Origin: the human T2T-CHM13v2.0 reference genome, Homo sapiens
DNA: 64,000 bases
Direction: 5' to 3' (one strand)
Assembly (NCBI RefSeq): GCF_009914755.1
Contig: NC_060933.1
Below the pieces are notes generated by a model that did no database searches, was not told the DNA's origin, and saw only the letters and a list, made by a program, of their open reading frames with translations. Positions within the stretch are counted from its first letter, which is position 1. Each line of letters starts with the position of its first letter. Shown here one piece after another: positions 35,681 to 58,942 of this stretch. Made by a program: the position numbers and the translations under genes.

Positions 35681-37454
35681 CCAAAGAAGGAGAGAGAGCA
35701 CTATCTCAGGAAGATGGACCAGATAGGGTTTAGTGGGAGTCATGGGCCAAATTTAGAAGGCTTCATGGTGAAAAGCTTGCTTTCTTGTTCACTTAGTTAA
35801 TAAACATCCCTGAGGATGCAGAGATGAATGAGACACGATGTGGCACTGTCCTCAAGGTGCTCTCGAATCGGTGTTGGGGGAATGTGGTGAAAAGAAAAGA
35901 AAGAGGGAAGTCAGAGACACAGGCGGCTCACACAGGAGGAGGAGGTAATGTCCTGGAGAGAGGGGATGGAGATCTCAGTATTGAAGGACGAGGGTCTTCA
36001 TCAGGTTGGCAAGGCAAGGATGGATCATTCAGGCAGAGGGAATGGGACACACATGGTCAAGAGGTAAAGAGGCACATGATGTACCCAGGGAACGACAGAC
36101 AGTACAATACACCTGCACAGAAGGTACCAGTCTCAAGGTGAGACTTTACGTGGTGCACCTGAGAAGCCACCAGAGGGTTTGAGCAGGGAAATGACAGGAC
36201 CAGGCAACCCTCTGGAAAGGTATCGCTGAAAGCTGTGCCAAGGGATGGACAAGACGGGGGCTGGGGGAGCCTCTAGGCCAGGAAGCCACTAAGGAGGCTG
36301 CTGCTGCTGCTCCTGGAAGAGAAATGCAAAAGCTCTGAGAGAAGGTGAGGGTTTGGGGGACAGAGAGGGGAGACTGGCAGCGGCAGACCGTGGTGAGTGG
36401 ATGTGGGAAGTGAAGAGAAGGGAGGGGTAAGACCGATTCCAGGTTCCTGGCTCGGGTGACTGGGCAGATGGGTGCCACTGGCCAGACTGGTGAGCTCAGG
36501 GCGTGTACCACCTGGGTGCAGGTGCATGGCTGACAGCTTCAGCTTCAGGCACCTTGTATGTGAGGACACTCAGGTAGATGTGTCCTATCAACAAATGAGC
36601 AGATGGGTCTGGGTTCAGGAGGTGGAAGGAATCAGTGCCTAGATCCATTTGCTGAACCAACCAGAGGGCCTGATGAAGCCTGACTCAGAGATCAGTTCTC
36701 TGCCGAAGAGCCTCGTTGCCTAAGTGTGCATTTCACCAAACAGTGTGTTTAACAGATAACAAGAGCAAGGGGGATTATAGAGCTTTGTGCTGCCTCAAAC
36801 CTCTTCCTGTCACCTCACATGATCCTCATGGCAACCCAGGGGCCCCTAATGTTGCCCAGAGCAGCAAACCTATCTGCCTCTGGCCCTGTGAGACAAGGAG
36901 GCCAGGATCCTGACTCACTATGCCACGTGGAGCACCCACTACTGGATGAGGCAGCCAGTCCAGGGTAGCTCATTCTTAATTCTCAAAACAATCCCAAAAG
37001 ACAGGCATTACCACCTCCTTTCTAGTGATGAGGCAACTGAGGCTTAGAGCCCTGTGCAAGGTTAAACAGTGGAAAGCGGTGGTGCCAGAACTCAAACGCC
37101 TCCTCTGACCCCAAAGCCCCTGCCTCTGACCGCCAGTGGGCCAGGAAGAGTACCTGCATTATTCACGTGTAGTAGCAAAAAATGATATTTCTCTCCAAAA
37201 GAAACATCTCTGATGGAAAGTGAGGGAGAATAACTTATTCAATTGCAATGTTTCTAAGAAGAAACCCATGAGCCTCAAGGGAGAGCACAAAGAAAAACAT
37301 TTTGGGTGGGAATTTAAAAAGGGAGAAATCAAGTATCTCGTGGGGAAGTGTCCTACTGACCGCTGGGGATATGAGGCTTCAAAGAAGGCTCTCTCTGCAC
37401 TTGCAGACCTGAGAGTAGCACAGCGAGGCTGGGGAGCGGGGGTGGACTCCAGCC

Positions 37455-38200
37455 AGCTGCACACCTGCTGGGAGTCCCACTCTACTAAATGCATGGTATA
37501 GGAGAAAACAAATGGGAGATGCTGAAAATTTCATCTCTCAGAGAAAGGCGCAAAGCTGCTGCCTGGAGTGATGGACTCCTAATCTGGAAGAACTGGTGGG
37601 TGGTGATGTGGACGGGTTAGGGCCTTCAGGACAAAGGGCTGAGGTCATCCTGTCATCCAAGAGTTTGCAACAGAAGAGGGAGGAAACATGCACCCTGGAT
37701 TTCAGAAGAACAGGTTTCTACCAATGGATAAACAGGGGAGGTTAAGTTCCAGGGCCAGAGATAGTGAAGGGAATGCTAGACCTCAGAGGAGATGGGAATC
37801 TCTAATGCAGGAAACTGACAAAGCAGCTGGAATAGCTTCAGTGAGAAAGAAAGGGCTGGGAAACAAACCCTCCAGGTCACAATGGAGACCTCAAATGAGC
37901 TCAGGTGCAGAGTGGACATCAACAAAAAAGAGGGGCTGTCAGCAGCACGGAGCTGGCGGACAGCAGCCATAGGAGTGGCTGGAGGAAGCTGAGGTCTCCT
38001 GGATCACAGAAAGGGCCTTTTCTCCCAAGCTGGAAAAAGCAGAATGAGGGAAAGAAGGGGGCTGCTATCCAGGGCAACCAACCCTTAGGGTTATCAGCCC
38101 TAAGACAAGAGACCATTGCTGGGCGGTGGGGGCTCCCTTTTCTCTGAGGAGAAGAATGACCTTCCTGCTGAAAAGGCAGAGTCAACTTTACAGGGAAGAG
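37455..38200 (+). mobile_element. CR1/L3 LINE relic, copy 2 (longer)
   Basis: Same motifs, continuing to L3-like ttctctgaggagaagaatgaccttc...gaaaaggcaga. Confidence 0.55.
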
Positions 38201-38628
38201 AAGGGCAGACAGACAAGACAGGGACAGCGCTGAGCTGCCCAAATGGATTCTATGGAAAATGGCACAGTGATGTAATTTCTCCTTTTTACAAAGGCCACTG
38301 TTAACCTGGCACACACACTGCTCTTTCAGGACCAGCACTTGTCCTGAATGGGCAAGGCCACGTCACTGCAGGGGTGTTGGGGCACATGAAGTAAGGCTAG
38401 GGGAAGTGCCTTCTGGCTTGTTGTAATGGATCCAAGCTGGGACTGGGGAGGAGGAGGGCTGAGCTTCCCGTCACTAGGGGTGTCTATTGGTTGCTCTGTA
38501 GAGGAGACTTAGGGTCACATACGGGCTGGACCAGGAGACGCTGAAGACCCTTCTCAGCGCTGAGATTCATGTTACACAGAGTAGGGTGTGACACTGCACA
38601 CATCTGAATTAGAAATCAAGCTACTTAC

Positions 38629-38775
38629 CCGCCCTCGTTCTGTGAGAGTCGTCAACATGACAATGAGTGACAACTTCTGATCCCAGACAACCTGCCAAAA
38701 CTGTGCACAGGTATGCGGCAGGGGCCCCTGAGTGGCGATGTACTTGTTCACAAGGTTAGCAGCAGGAATTTCCAT
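38629..38775 (-). CDS. PTPN3: PTPN3 coding exon 22 ([49 protein letters not shown]), 147 nt
   Basis: accag|ATG ... CGG|gtaagt; PTP motifs YIATQGP, FW--VW, IVMLT. Confidence 0.98.
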
Positions 38776-39867
38776 CTGGTAAGAAATTGGTAAAGTATTA
38801 GAATCTGTTGCTGCCCCAGGGTGCACAGGGAACTGGATTTTAAACTATTCTACTTGCTAATTGATATTGCACCAGAAAAATTATCTCTTTATCAATTCAC
38901 AGCCAATAAGGAAAATCAAACAAGTTATTTCTAAAACTTCTTGAAAAATATCTGACAACCACCAGTATTAGATCTTTAAGATAAAAGTGTGTGGTACTCA
39001 GTAGGCAAAAATCAGAAATCTATCTGTGAGATGGCAGAAGAGTTTAAATGACTTTCATTGCTCTATCCTAAATATAATCAATATTGGCTATCTGCATTTT
39101 CAGCCGTATGTACCAATCCTACCCCTAAGTCTTTCCCTATGCAGGGTTTTCTATCAAAATCTATTTACGTTTATTTAAAGCATAAACCTTACAGGTTTAC
39201 ACCACCAATTCTTGTTGCACTTTGCCTTCTGCATGGCTTCCAATGCTTGTATCATGAAGTTGGTCAATCTTGACATTAAATGTTGAAATGTTTTGAAATG
39301 AATGTTTCAGGTAGAAATATTCCTGCTCCATGTTTCCTTTTTGCCCTCTGGACTGAGTCCTTTTGACGAAAGAACACTCAGAACCTGCTGAGCTTTGGGC
39401 TGGCACTGGGATTCACTCACTCTCAGGTGAGCAAGGTAAAGGAAGGCTTCTAATTCATGGTTCGGCTGGTGCTTGGATAAATGGCTTCCTCAGTCCTGGG
39501 ATTATATGAAAAGACTGGTCTTTATGGTATTGCTTCCCCTAATGTTTCTGATGCTCTGCTTTTAAGACACCGGGAATGTTGAAGTGAGGGTCAATGAATC
39601 CCATAGATGCTTTGGAACAGGTGGAATCACTGATGAGACCAGTTTTTATTAGGGCATTTCTTGACACTTTGCTATAACTTGAGAACTTAATCTGAGAAAT
39701 CATCTGTCTATTTAGGAGTTGGCAGACCACGTATCGCCTGAAGGCCAAATCTGTGTGCCACCTTGCAAACTAAGAGCGGCTTTTAATCTTTTTAAGTGGT
39801 TACATTTCAAATGCAAAGATCACATATTACTATCTGGTTGGCTACAGAAAGTCTGACCCCAGGTTCA

Positions 39868-40018
39868 GATAGCATTAGGAGATATACCTAATGCTAAATG
39901 ACGAGTTAATGGGTGCAGCATACCAGCATGGCACATGTATACATATGTAACTAACCTGCACATTGTGCACATGTACCCTAAAACTTAAAGTATAATAATA
40001 ATAAAATAAAATAAAAAA
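39868..40018 (+). mobile_element. Young 5'-truncated L1 (L1PA3-like) 3' end with A-rich tail
   Basis: gatagcattaggagatatacctaatgctaaatgacgagttaatgggtgcagc...taccctaaaacttaaagtataataa; GAG (not the Ta ACA) diagnostic. Confidence 0.92.
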
Positions 40019-40533
40019 GAAGGAATGGAAGTCTAGAGAGGCCAAGTAAGTTGCCCAAGATGCGTTTTTAGAGAGAAAATAAGTGCTTTTCCCATAACAT
40101 GTGAAACATTCCACTTTTTCTTTTTGGCTTATATGTACAGAGGAGGTTTTATTTTTCTCATTTTTTTTTTAAGGCAGGATGACACTCATTACATGGAGAG
40201 AAATAGACAGTTTCATCACTGGCAAAAACAAACACCTGAATGGAAGCCACTCAGTACAGGGGCATGTGGACGATTGAATTAGAAACACAGAACAAGTCTG
40301 GTCCCATCTTCTGTTAGCTTTGTGACTTTTCAAATTATTTTAACTCTCCGAACCTTAGTTTTCTCCTCTGTAAAATGAGACTATTCTGCCTGCCCTCCCA
40401 TGGCTGTTGTGGTGCTGAAATGCGGTGGTGAACGGGAAAGCACTGTGTCAACTGCAAAGCCCCACACAGGCCCTCATCATCGTTGCGACAGTGGTGAATG
40501 TGCTCTTAAGCATCATCCAGATTCCTAACTTAC

Positions 40534-40595
40534 GTTCACGTAACTTGCATTAATATAATCTTCATTTCCCTGCAATAATACCCGGGTGGTGTCAT
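40534..40595 (-). CDS. PTPN3: PTPN3 coding exon 21 (YDTTRVLLQGNEDYINASYVN), 62 nt
   Basis: cgcag|AT ... AAC|gtaagt; PTP motifs D--RV-L and DYINAS. Confidence 0.97.
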
Positions 40596-40866
40596 CTGCG
40601 GGGAAGAGAAAAATTTACCGATTATTCCGAGCATTATTTTTATCATACCAAGTAAACCAGAGTTCAGTTCCCAGCCCCATCTGCAGCTCTGCCTCATTAG
40701 CATAAACACTATTCCCCAACTGTTCCGAGTCTGAAATGGCTGCAATAAAGACGGTGGTGTTTACAGACACACTGAAAATCGTTCCAGAATACCAGACAAT
40801 CTGTTTTAAAAAGGGAAACATTATCTCAGTGTAGGGGGGAAGGAGGCATTCATGCCGGATACTCAC

Positions 40867-40957
40867 AAGGCAGCACATCTTTATATCGGTTTTTGTCCAA
40901 ATTTTGAGGCAGCTTTGCAAACGTGATGGCCAAACCTGGCTTTTTTCTGTAGAGTTG
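40867..40957 (-). CDS. PTPN3: PTPN3 coding exon 20 ([30 protein letters not shown]; pTyr-recognition KNRY loop), 91 nt
   Basis: catag|CAA ... CCT T|gtgagt. Confidence 0.97.
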
Positions 40958-41987
40958 CTATGTGAGAAATAGAGAAAAAAGCAAGCATTGCAAAAATCAG
41001 ATGAAGAAAGTGTGAAAACATACTTTATCATTCACAGTACCAAAATCTTAACATTTTAAAGTGATTATGTGTTATATACTAAAAGAAAATCTTCCCAATA
41101 AGAAATTCTACAGTTCCATGAGAAACTGACTAAACTCTTTAATAATTTTTTTTTTAATTTGAAAAAATGCCATAGGAAGGGTCTGGGTCTCAGGTAATGG
41201 AGCATGGTAAGTGAAACCTTGTCTTTATGACAACTATTTGACAAGAGCTAAAAGCAACTAGATGTGGGGGGGGGGGCGGGGAAGAATTCTGGCTCAAAAT
41301 TAAATGGAAATCATCTAAATTAGTCTAGAATCATTTCCCTTCAGTTCAATGTAGTGAACCACACCCTTCCTTTAAGAACGAGAGCATTTCATTCATCATT
41401 TCAGGAGTCTATTTCCACAGGAAAAACATTTATCCCAATATATAGTACATTTCATTTACAGAGGTACTTCCCTACACATGTAATCACTACGAAAAATCTC
41501 AAACAACACAATCTTTGCATATCTAAAGTCATGTATTAGACATATTTGTACGGTATCTGATGTGATTTTCACAACAGCCCTGTAAGAGATATTAATTGTA
41601 TTCTTATTTTGCAAGTTCAATGCTTTGTTCGAGATCACAAACAAGAACTCAGATCTGACTCCAAGGCTTATGTTTTCTTTTCTATATGACTGCTTTTTCC
41701 CTTTAATCCTTTCTCACCAGTGGTTTTTATTAACTCTATGGGAATTTAAAAACACAGTTTTTTCAGTGTTGGAAGTGATTTTTTTTTTTTGCGGAAAATT
41801 TGGGAAATTCAGACTAATATAAAGAAAAAAATTATCAGCAATTTCACAACTCTGAGATGTGCTTTTTGTATATTTTCTCCAGCTTATTTTTTCTGTGCCT
41901 ACATGAACACAAATGAACAGAAGCACATATATGTAAACGCATAATACATTTATATACTATGTTTTTAAAAGCAAAAAATGAGATTGA

Positions 41988-45558
<3,571 letters not shown>

Positions 45559-47372
45559 TCAAGTTCCTAAAATTTATCGACTCTTCTCCAGGCCCTGTGG
45601 GCTGCTTGGCAGTCTGGTTATGAAACACTGCTCTGAGAAGGCGGAGGGACAGAGTGGAAAGTGAGTGTAGGAATCACAGGTATGTCTTTCTGGAAGGGTC
45701 AGGGATGGAACGGAATGAGTTAAGGCTTTGTGATATTGGCCAGAGTATGAGACATGGCTTTTAAGAGAACCTTCACTTTTTTTTCATTTTCCAATTCATC
45801 GGAAAAACAACAATTTGCTTTGGTTATTCCTGGGCTGAAGGAGTGTGAGGGAGACAACAGCTCCTGGCTGCAGGTCCCTTAGATTCTGTCCTAGAATGGG
45901 AGTCACCAGGAGGCTGAGAGGCAGGGTCACAGGGATACAAAATGACAAAACCACTGAATTTTATGAAAAATTATTAATTTTTATGTCCTAAAATGCTTTG
46001 TTCTCATTCTATCAGAGTATAGTTATAAGAAGCTCTGAAGCTAACGGTAAATTATAAAAAGTTCGGCTAAGAGGGGTTGCTAAGGAACAACTGTATTGAA
46101 ATTACAGTATCAGTATCACCAGCTCTGGCCTCCAAAGACAAAAAATTTGAATGGTGGGAGCAGATGCTCTCCAATGTGGTAGGGGTGCAATGGATGGTTT
46201 TTTGGCTTAAATATTTCTTCTTAGAACAAGTCACCTACTATAATATTAGAGAAGGCATCAGGTGACTCTAATCTCCTCACTCAACCAAAGGTGTGCAGCC
46301 TACTCACATCCCTCAGGTGAGAGCTTCACACCCCCAACTGGCTCTAACCAGCGGATGCTGGCAAGGCCCAGCAAGTGGAAGCAAGCACTCCGTCAACTCT
46401 ATGAACAGAAAAAGGGGAATTCCTGAAGGCTGAGAACCCAAGAAGGGGGAAGAAAAAGGGAAAAGGACAGGAAAAAAAAGGGGGACCGGGAATCAAGGAA
46501 ACCATGGGTAAGGAGACAGCAAAGGCCAGAAGCAGATTGCCTTTCATGCCCTCCACAAAAACCCAGAGTCGACTCCAAGGAACCAAGTTTCAAAATGGCT
46601 GTTTGCTGTATCAGCCACTACGGCATTATCTTTATGGGGACAGGAATCTCATTTGTTCACTACCACAAACCCCAGACCAGCATTGTGCCTGGCACATAGT
46701 AGGTGCTCAATAAAAATTTGTAGAGTCAAGGAATAATGGGATCTGCTGCTTTCAAAAATGAGTGCCAACCATGTGAATAAAGCATGCCCAAGAGAATTTC
46801 AAAGCAATTTCAGCTTTCTTAGACATAGTGCCCTATAACTAAGCTGAGGGTAACCCATTTTTCCCAAAGAGCCCACCCCAAGAGGTTGTTTTAGTACCAC
46901 TTGGTAGACAAATTAACAGTTCACTACTCACGGGTAGCTCACCCACACTAGGACATCGCTTTTCCTTTGTATCTGACCCAGCCAGAGGGCAAGAGAAACC
47001 ATCTAGCGGGGTCTTGGAGCCTCTACCTACCTTCCCAGAAAGGTTTGCTGAATTGAAATCGTTGCTAGTAATTTTGGGACCTTCCATAGTGCCCCTTTCC
47101 AGGCACAGTCCCAGATGCAGATTCTACTGCTGGCAAACCTAACAAGTATTCTTGCAGGGGCCCTTTCAGACAGACACACAACAATAAGTTATGGCAGCAC
47201 TTCCTTTAGGTGGGTCGCTGGCACTTGAAATGTAAAGGCTGCACACACGGTCATTCCAAAGCCCCCAGTTTGCTCCGTGTATCCCAGATACACATTATAC
47301 TGATGATGTTTTCTTTCCTTAAAAAACAAACAAACAAACAAAAACAACAAACTATTTGGAAAACCGTTTTTA

Positions 47373-53085
<5,713 letters not shown>

Positions 53086-53844
53086 CAACAACATATTTAA
53101 AAAATAAAAATAAGAAAATAAATTTGGAAGATGAACACATTCTATTTTAATTCTGTTAGTGATCAGTAAAACTGGCTTAAAAGCTGAGTTTCCTTTGGTT
53201 CCCTTTTGTTTTATAAAAAATGTCTGTGTGTACCTTTGTCAACAGCCTGAATCCTATGAATCACAGGTTCCCCTGGGGAAGATGGGGGTTTGAGTTTGGT
53301 TTCTTACTTGTGTTTATAGGGTTCTGGGCAACTTGGGAGGGCGAGACACTATGCCCTCATGGGATAACACTAATTGCTCCAAATTCCAGCACATGGCTGG
53401 GGGTGGTCAGAGAGCTGGTTCCTTCACCCACAGCCACCTCTCCACTGCCTTCCACTGCTGGGAGTTTTGAGCTTTTGTGTTGGCAGTTAAATACACTCAG
53501 AGTCCCTCCTCCTCAGTTTCTGGCATGTTTCTCCATGACTACCAAATGTTACTAGAATAAGAGGGTGAGACAGAGTTCAGCGAGGGTGGCCACCCTGATC
53601 CCTGCTTGCTGCTCCGAGCCTGAGAAGGGGGCTGCCTGCTGTGCCCTGTTATCCACGACAAGCACAGGCCTCGCCCTGTCAGTCCTCAGAGACTCAGTTG
53701 ACTGCTTTTGGTTTGTGAAACACACAATCATCTCGACCAAGGAAACAAGGGCTTGTGTCTCTGCCTCATTTCCTCCACTGCTCAGAGGCAGGGGCAGCCC
53801 AATAGGCGACATGGCAGTGGGATTCAGCCTCCAGAGGGTCTTAC

Positions 53845-54005
53845 CTCAAACTGGATCAGCACCGTCCCGCTTTCGAGGCCCTTCTTTAGCTGTGCCATGG
53901 ATCCCTCCAAAGTGTCCCCACCCTCCGGACACATGGGGAAAATGGCTTCGGGGAAAAGCTGGTTCAGTTCATCTTCAGACTTGAAGTCAGCAAATGAGCG
54001 GACAG
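53845..54005 (-). CDS. PTPN3: PTPN3 coding exon 19 ([54 protein letters not shown]), 161 nt
   Basis: tacag|CT ... GAG|gtaaga; ORF 53824..54018. Confidence 0.97.
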
Positions 54006-55002
54006 CTGTAACGTACAAGACAGTGCATCTGACTTGTGTAGCAATACTCAGGTTTATCCGTCTCCCTCAAACAAATCACACCTATGACACCTGAATGCAG
54101 ATGGTTCAAAACATCTTATTAAATGATTAAGCTACATGGTAATCATTTTCACCAAAGATACTACTTCTAGGTGAATGATTCAATATGTGTTAATTACATA
54201 AAATGACATACTAATCTTCCTGGTTAGTTTTAAATAATGGTGTTTAACACTCAGAGGCTTTTGTCAAAGGTAAAGAAAAGAGAAAGAATGTTATTTAAAA
54301 AAGCATATTGTTTCTGCTTGCTCTTTCTGACCGGGTTATTCTTCTACCCATCCCGACTCCCCTTTCTTTCTCAGGTTTTTTCATTTACTTCCCTAAAATG
54401 GGCATTTCCTCAGGCATGAGGGTGAGGTCCCAAGCTTTTCCTGTGACACCATCATTCCTGAGAGCTCAATCCCTAACTCAGGGCCGTTTCTATGTGGGAG
54501 GCTCCCACGTAAATATCGTAGTCCTAGCATCTCTTCTGTGCTTCAGCCTTACCTCTTTAGTGCACGTTTTCCCTTCATGTTAAATTCAATACAGGTGAAA
54601 GCAAAGCTAGGACCACCCCCCCACAACTCCCAACCTTGCACAGGTGGGGAACCGGAGAGATCTGGTAAGGCCTCACGGAGGAGGTGGGGTCAGAGCTGGT
54701 CCTGGTGGCTCTGGACTGAGAGTTGCAGTGGGAGCAGAGCCGAGGCAGGAGCACAGCAGTATGGAGTGTCAGCCAAACGTGTGAGGCAGGCAGAGACGCA
54801 GGGCTTTGCAGACACAACCTTCATTTACTTTCAGTATTTTACAGCTGTGCACGGTGTTCAAGGAACTTGACGTATTATTTTATAACAACAACTATAAAGA
54901 CAACAGTGTGATGCTCAGTAGAGGCTGTCCTTCAAACCTCTGCTCCCATCAGGCAGCAATGCAGGTACTTTCCAGTCTAAGTGCCATTGATTGATTGAAT
55001 GA

Positions 55003-55282
<280 letters not shown>

Positions 55283-55858
55283 CCAAGTGCCATTTAATCT
55301 TCACAGCAACCCTGTGAAGTCGGGACCACTGCTGTCCTCCTCCACACCTGAGCCAGCTGAACCACAGACTGGTTATGTAACCCCTGCAAGGTCCCCCAGC
55401 CCGCAGAGGCAGAGTGAGGAATCACCCGAGACAGTCAGACCCTGCTCTCCTCACTGCCTCCCCGACAAAATCAAACACGCACGAATAAAATATCACCAGA
55501 TCCTTTAAGAAGGGGCTGAAAATGCAAATGTCTGCAGAGTCATGCCACTTAGAGAGTGCGTGATGTGGGCTGCGCTGGGCCTGGGAGGAACTGGGAGCTG
55601 GGGGCTCATGTCCTGTATAAAGGGGCTGCAGGGGCGCTGTCTCCCCCCAGAAGACTGGCCACATGGGGACAGGCCTCCTGGGGGCAGATCTTCACATTTT
55701 TCAAGTGAGAAGCCAAACATTCGGTTATTACCTGAAGATTCTTGATTTTCAAATGTTGGCTACAAACTCAACATTTTCAAGAGCAGATAAAGGGCTGGAG
55801 CAGGCGCAGCTTGGCTAGGACAGCTTCCCTATGGCTCCTCCCCCCAGGTGGCCATTAC

Positions 55859-56015
55859 CTCTCCTCCTGATCACCAGGGCCAGCTCCCGTGAGTGGGACT
55901 CCCGGCTGGCTTTGATGAACATCACCACTTGGTCATGCGTGTGTTCTGAGATGTCCCGGCCATTGATTAACACGATTTGATCCCCTTCGTTCAGCTTAGG
56001 AATGCAGGTGTCCGC
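55859..56015 (-). CDS. PTPN3: PTPN3 coding exon 18 ([52 protein letters not shown]; PDZ end), 157 nt
   Basis: cccag|GCG ... AGA G|gtaatg; lies inside ORF 55815..56291; PDZ GD-I--ING motif. Confidence 0.97.
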
Positions 56016-56635
56016 CTGGGTGGTGGGGAAAAGCGAGTTTCTCCTGTTACCATAACACAGTCCTTGGGGGAAGAACGCTGACTCGCTCTGCTCCCAGACA
56101 CCTGGGACCATGATCAAGTTTGCCTTCTCTCCCTCGGGTAGTACTGTCATTATTTGTATAATGCATCCACTGCTATGTGGACATGGTAGATGGTTGTAAG
56201 ATATAAAGAAGTACTGCTCAGAATATAAGTTATGAAACATTTCAGAATAAGGATATAAAAATTGCTGAAGCCATTTCTCCGTGGTAGTCAACCTTCACTT
56301 ATTATAATATAACTATACCATTTCCAGCCTTTTGTTTCCTAGATGTACTGTTAGGAAATGATTTGCCAGCTAGAGGTGAGTATTTATCTGTCTTGCAAAG
56401 GTGAAAGCTTTTGTAAGCTTCACAACAGAGGCAAAAACCATTATGGAGAGAAGCAATGAATTGAACAGCACAGGAAAGAAAGCCTTCTGAATTTACAGAA
56501 ACTGTAAACAGTAACAAAAGTTAAATGACAAGAGCTTAAGGACTACCTCAGAGTAAAATCCCAACGTGGTTCACTGTAAGGAGGCACAGTGACTCCTACT
56601 GCTTTAAAAAAGCAGATGATTAAAAGGTAACTATG

Positions 56636-57244
<609 letters not shown>

Positions 57245-57717
57245 TAAAAACAATAAAATAAATTTGAAAGAAAAACAAAGCAAATGCTCTTCTTAGGAGG
57301 CCTACACAGATGACAAAAGGGGCACTGGTGGAAAGATGGTGAGAAGAGGCACAGGGCCCACGTGCCCACTTAGAGTGAGCAGAACAGCAGACTGCCTAAG
57401 TTTCCTTCTCTTGAAAAGGACTTCTCAAAATTGAATGCACACTAACCACTCAAGGCTCTTGTTAAAAATGCAGATTCCGGTTCAGCAGGCCTAAGCTGAG
57501 GCCAGAGATGCTGCATTTCTAATGAGGTCCCAGGTAACATGGGTGCTATGGCTTCAAAGACCACACTGAGCCGCAAGGTTATAGAAAACATGGTGATGTA
57601 TATCTAAGCACATTCTTTGCTCTGGCAAAAAAAGAAACAGGACTCAGAAACAGAAACCTGTTAGAATTAGGGGGAAACAAACAAACACGAGGAATAACAT
57701 GGAATGTATTTACTTAC

Positions 57718-57774
57718 AGGTGACTCTGGGTTTATCCTTGATACCACAAGAGGCATCTTTTGATCCACTCCTCC
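57718..57774 (-). CDS. PTPN3: PTPN3 coding exon 17 ([19 protein letters not shown]; PDZ), 57 nt
   Basis: ttacag|GGA ... CCT|gtaagt; in frame with neighbours. Confidence 0.97.
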
Positions 57775-58135
57775 CTGTAAACATTTTAAAATAAAAACAA
57801 AACAAAGTTTTTTAAGTTAAACAAACAAACAAACAAACAAAAAAACGAGTAGCTCACAGCATCAACAACATGGAGGTACCAATAAATGTGAGTCTTTGGT
57901 ACAGGGAGGCTTCAAACTTCACTATGACTGATTCGAATCACACGTCATTTCAGAAATATGGAACAAATTCCTGACCCCTCTGGATCCAGCGGGCTGACCA
58001 GGACTCTGTTCAGAAGCCTCCCTCTGCCATCCCCACAGTCCATGAACTAACAGATACACTCAGAGAGAAGCTCCTCCTTAAAAACGCAGATGCCCCCAGA
58101 GAGGGACTCCACAGCATGTCTTCGAGTGCTGCTAG

Positions 58136-58182
58136 AACAAACCTGCACGTTGTGCACATGTACCCTAGAACTTATAATAATT

Positions 58183-58196
<14 letters not shown>
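58136..58196 (+). mobile_element. Tiny L1PA 3' terminal fragment with poly(A)
   Basis: aacaaacctgcacgttgtgcacatgtaccctagaactta...aaaa. Confidence 0.85.
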
Positions 58197-58213
<17 letters not shown>

Positions 58214-58287
58214 TGGGCTTTATATATATATATGGGCTTTAATATATATATATATATGGGCTTTATATATATATATATAGGGGCTTT
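58197..58287. repeat. Compound minisatellite [(TA)n-GGGCTT] x4
   Basis: Four units with variable TA length. Confidence 0.93.
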
Positions 58288-58439
58288 CAGCAGAGGCGAG
58301 CGAGGCCTGGGAAGGGGGCACACCCTGTGAGCGCATCTGGCCTGTGAGCGCTGGTCCTCAACACAGCTGCTGGGGCAGATGAGGCTGTGCATGATGGCAG
58401 CTGGGGGGTAGGCGACCACCTGCCCTCACTTTGTCCTAG

Positions 58440-58625
58440 AGTAGGGATGAGTAAACGTTTTCTGTAAAGGGCCAGAGAGGCTTTGTGGGAGTGAGGGCTC
58501 TGATTCAACTGCTCAACTCTGCAGTCATTAACCCACCAGTAAACAAATGGCTGTGGCTGTTACCAAAAAAACTAGTTACAGAAACAGATGGGATTTGGCC
58601 TGTGGGTTTAGTTTGCAGATCCTGC
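58440..58625 (+). mobile_element. MER58A-like DNA transposon
   Basis: aaacgttttctgtaaagggccaga...caactctgc...tggctgtggctgttaccaaaaaaact...gtttgcagatcctg. Confidence 0.7.
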
Positions 58626-58942
58626 TTAAAGGTGCCTGGAGGAGAGTGGTGGCCCTGCAGGTTGAACTTGAATTGTTTTTCTCTTATCAGCTTTAGCAAT
58701 GCTGAGGGGTTCTCTTAATAGCATTCCTGAAGTGGGTAGATCTGTTTGCCAACTGTGTGCCCTCATTTCTGGGAACCTCAGTATTCATTTGCAAAATGGG
58801 TTTAAAAATACTGACCTTACCACTTGTTATCAGAACTTAAGAAGGTGCTATGAATCTAGTGGATAGCCAATGCCAGGCACAGAGCAGGCACTTGGCCTTC
58901 GGCAGCTGTTAAGGCCACATTAAAAAAAACCTCTCAATTCTA

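Noticed and set aside
40615-41031. 138-aa ORF overlapping exon 20
   Set aside because: Out-of-frame reading across the exon and introns; the true frame is QLYRKK...KNRY
55815-56291. ORF extending exon 18 upstream by ~90 codons, as a possible alternative start
   Set aside because: The extension is intronic with no recognisable homology or promoter signal; a canonical acceptor explains the exon
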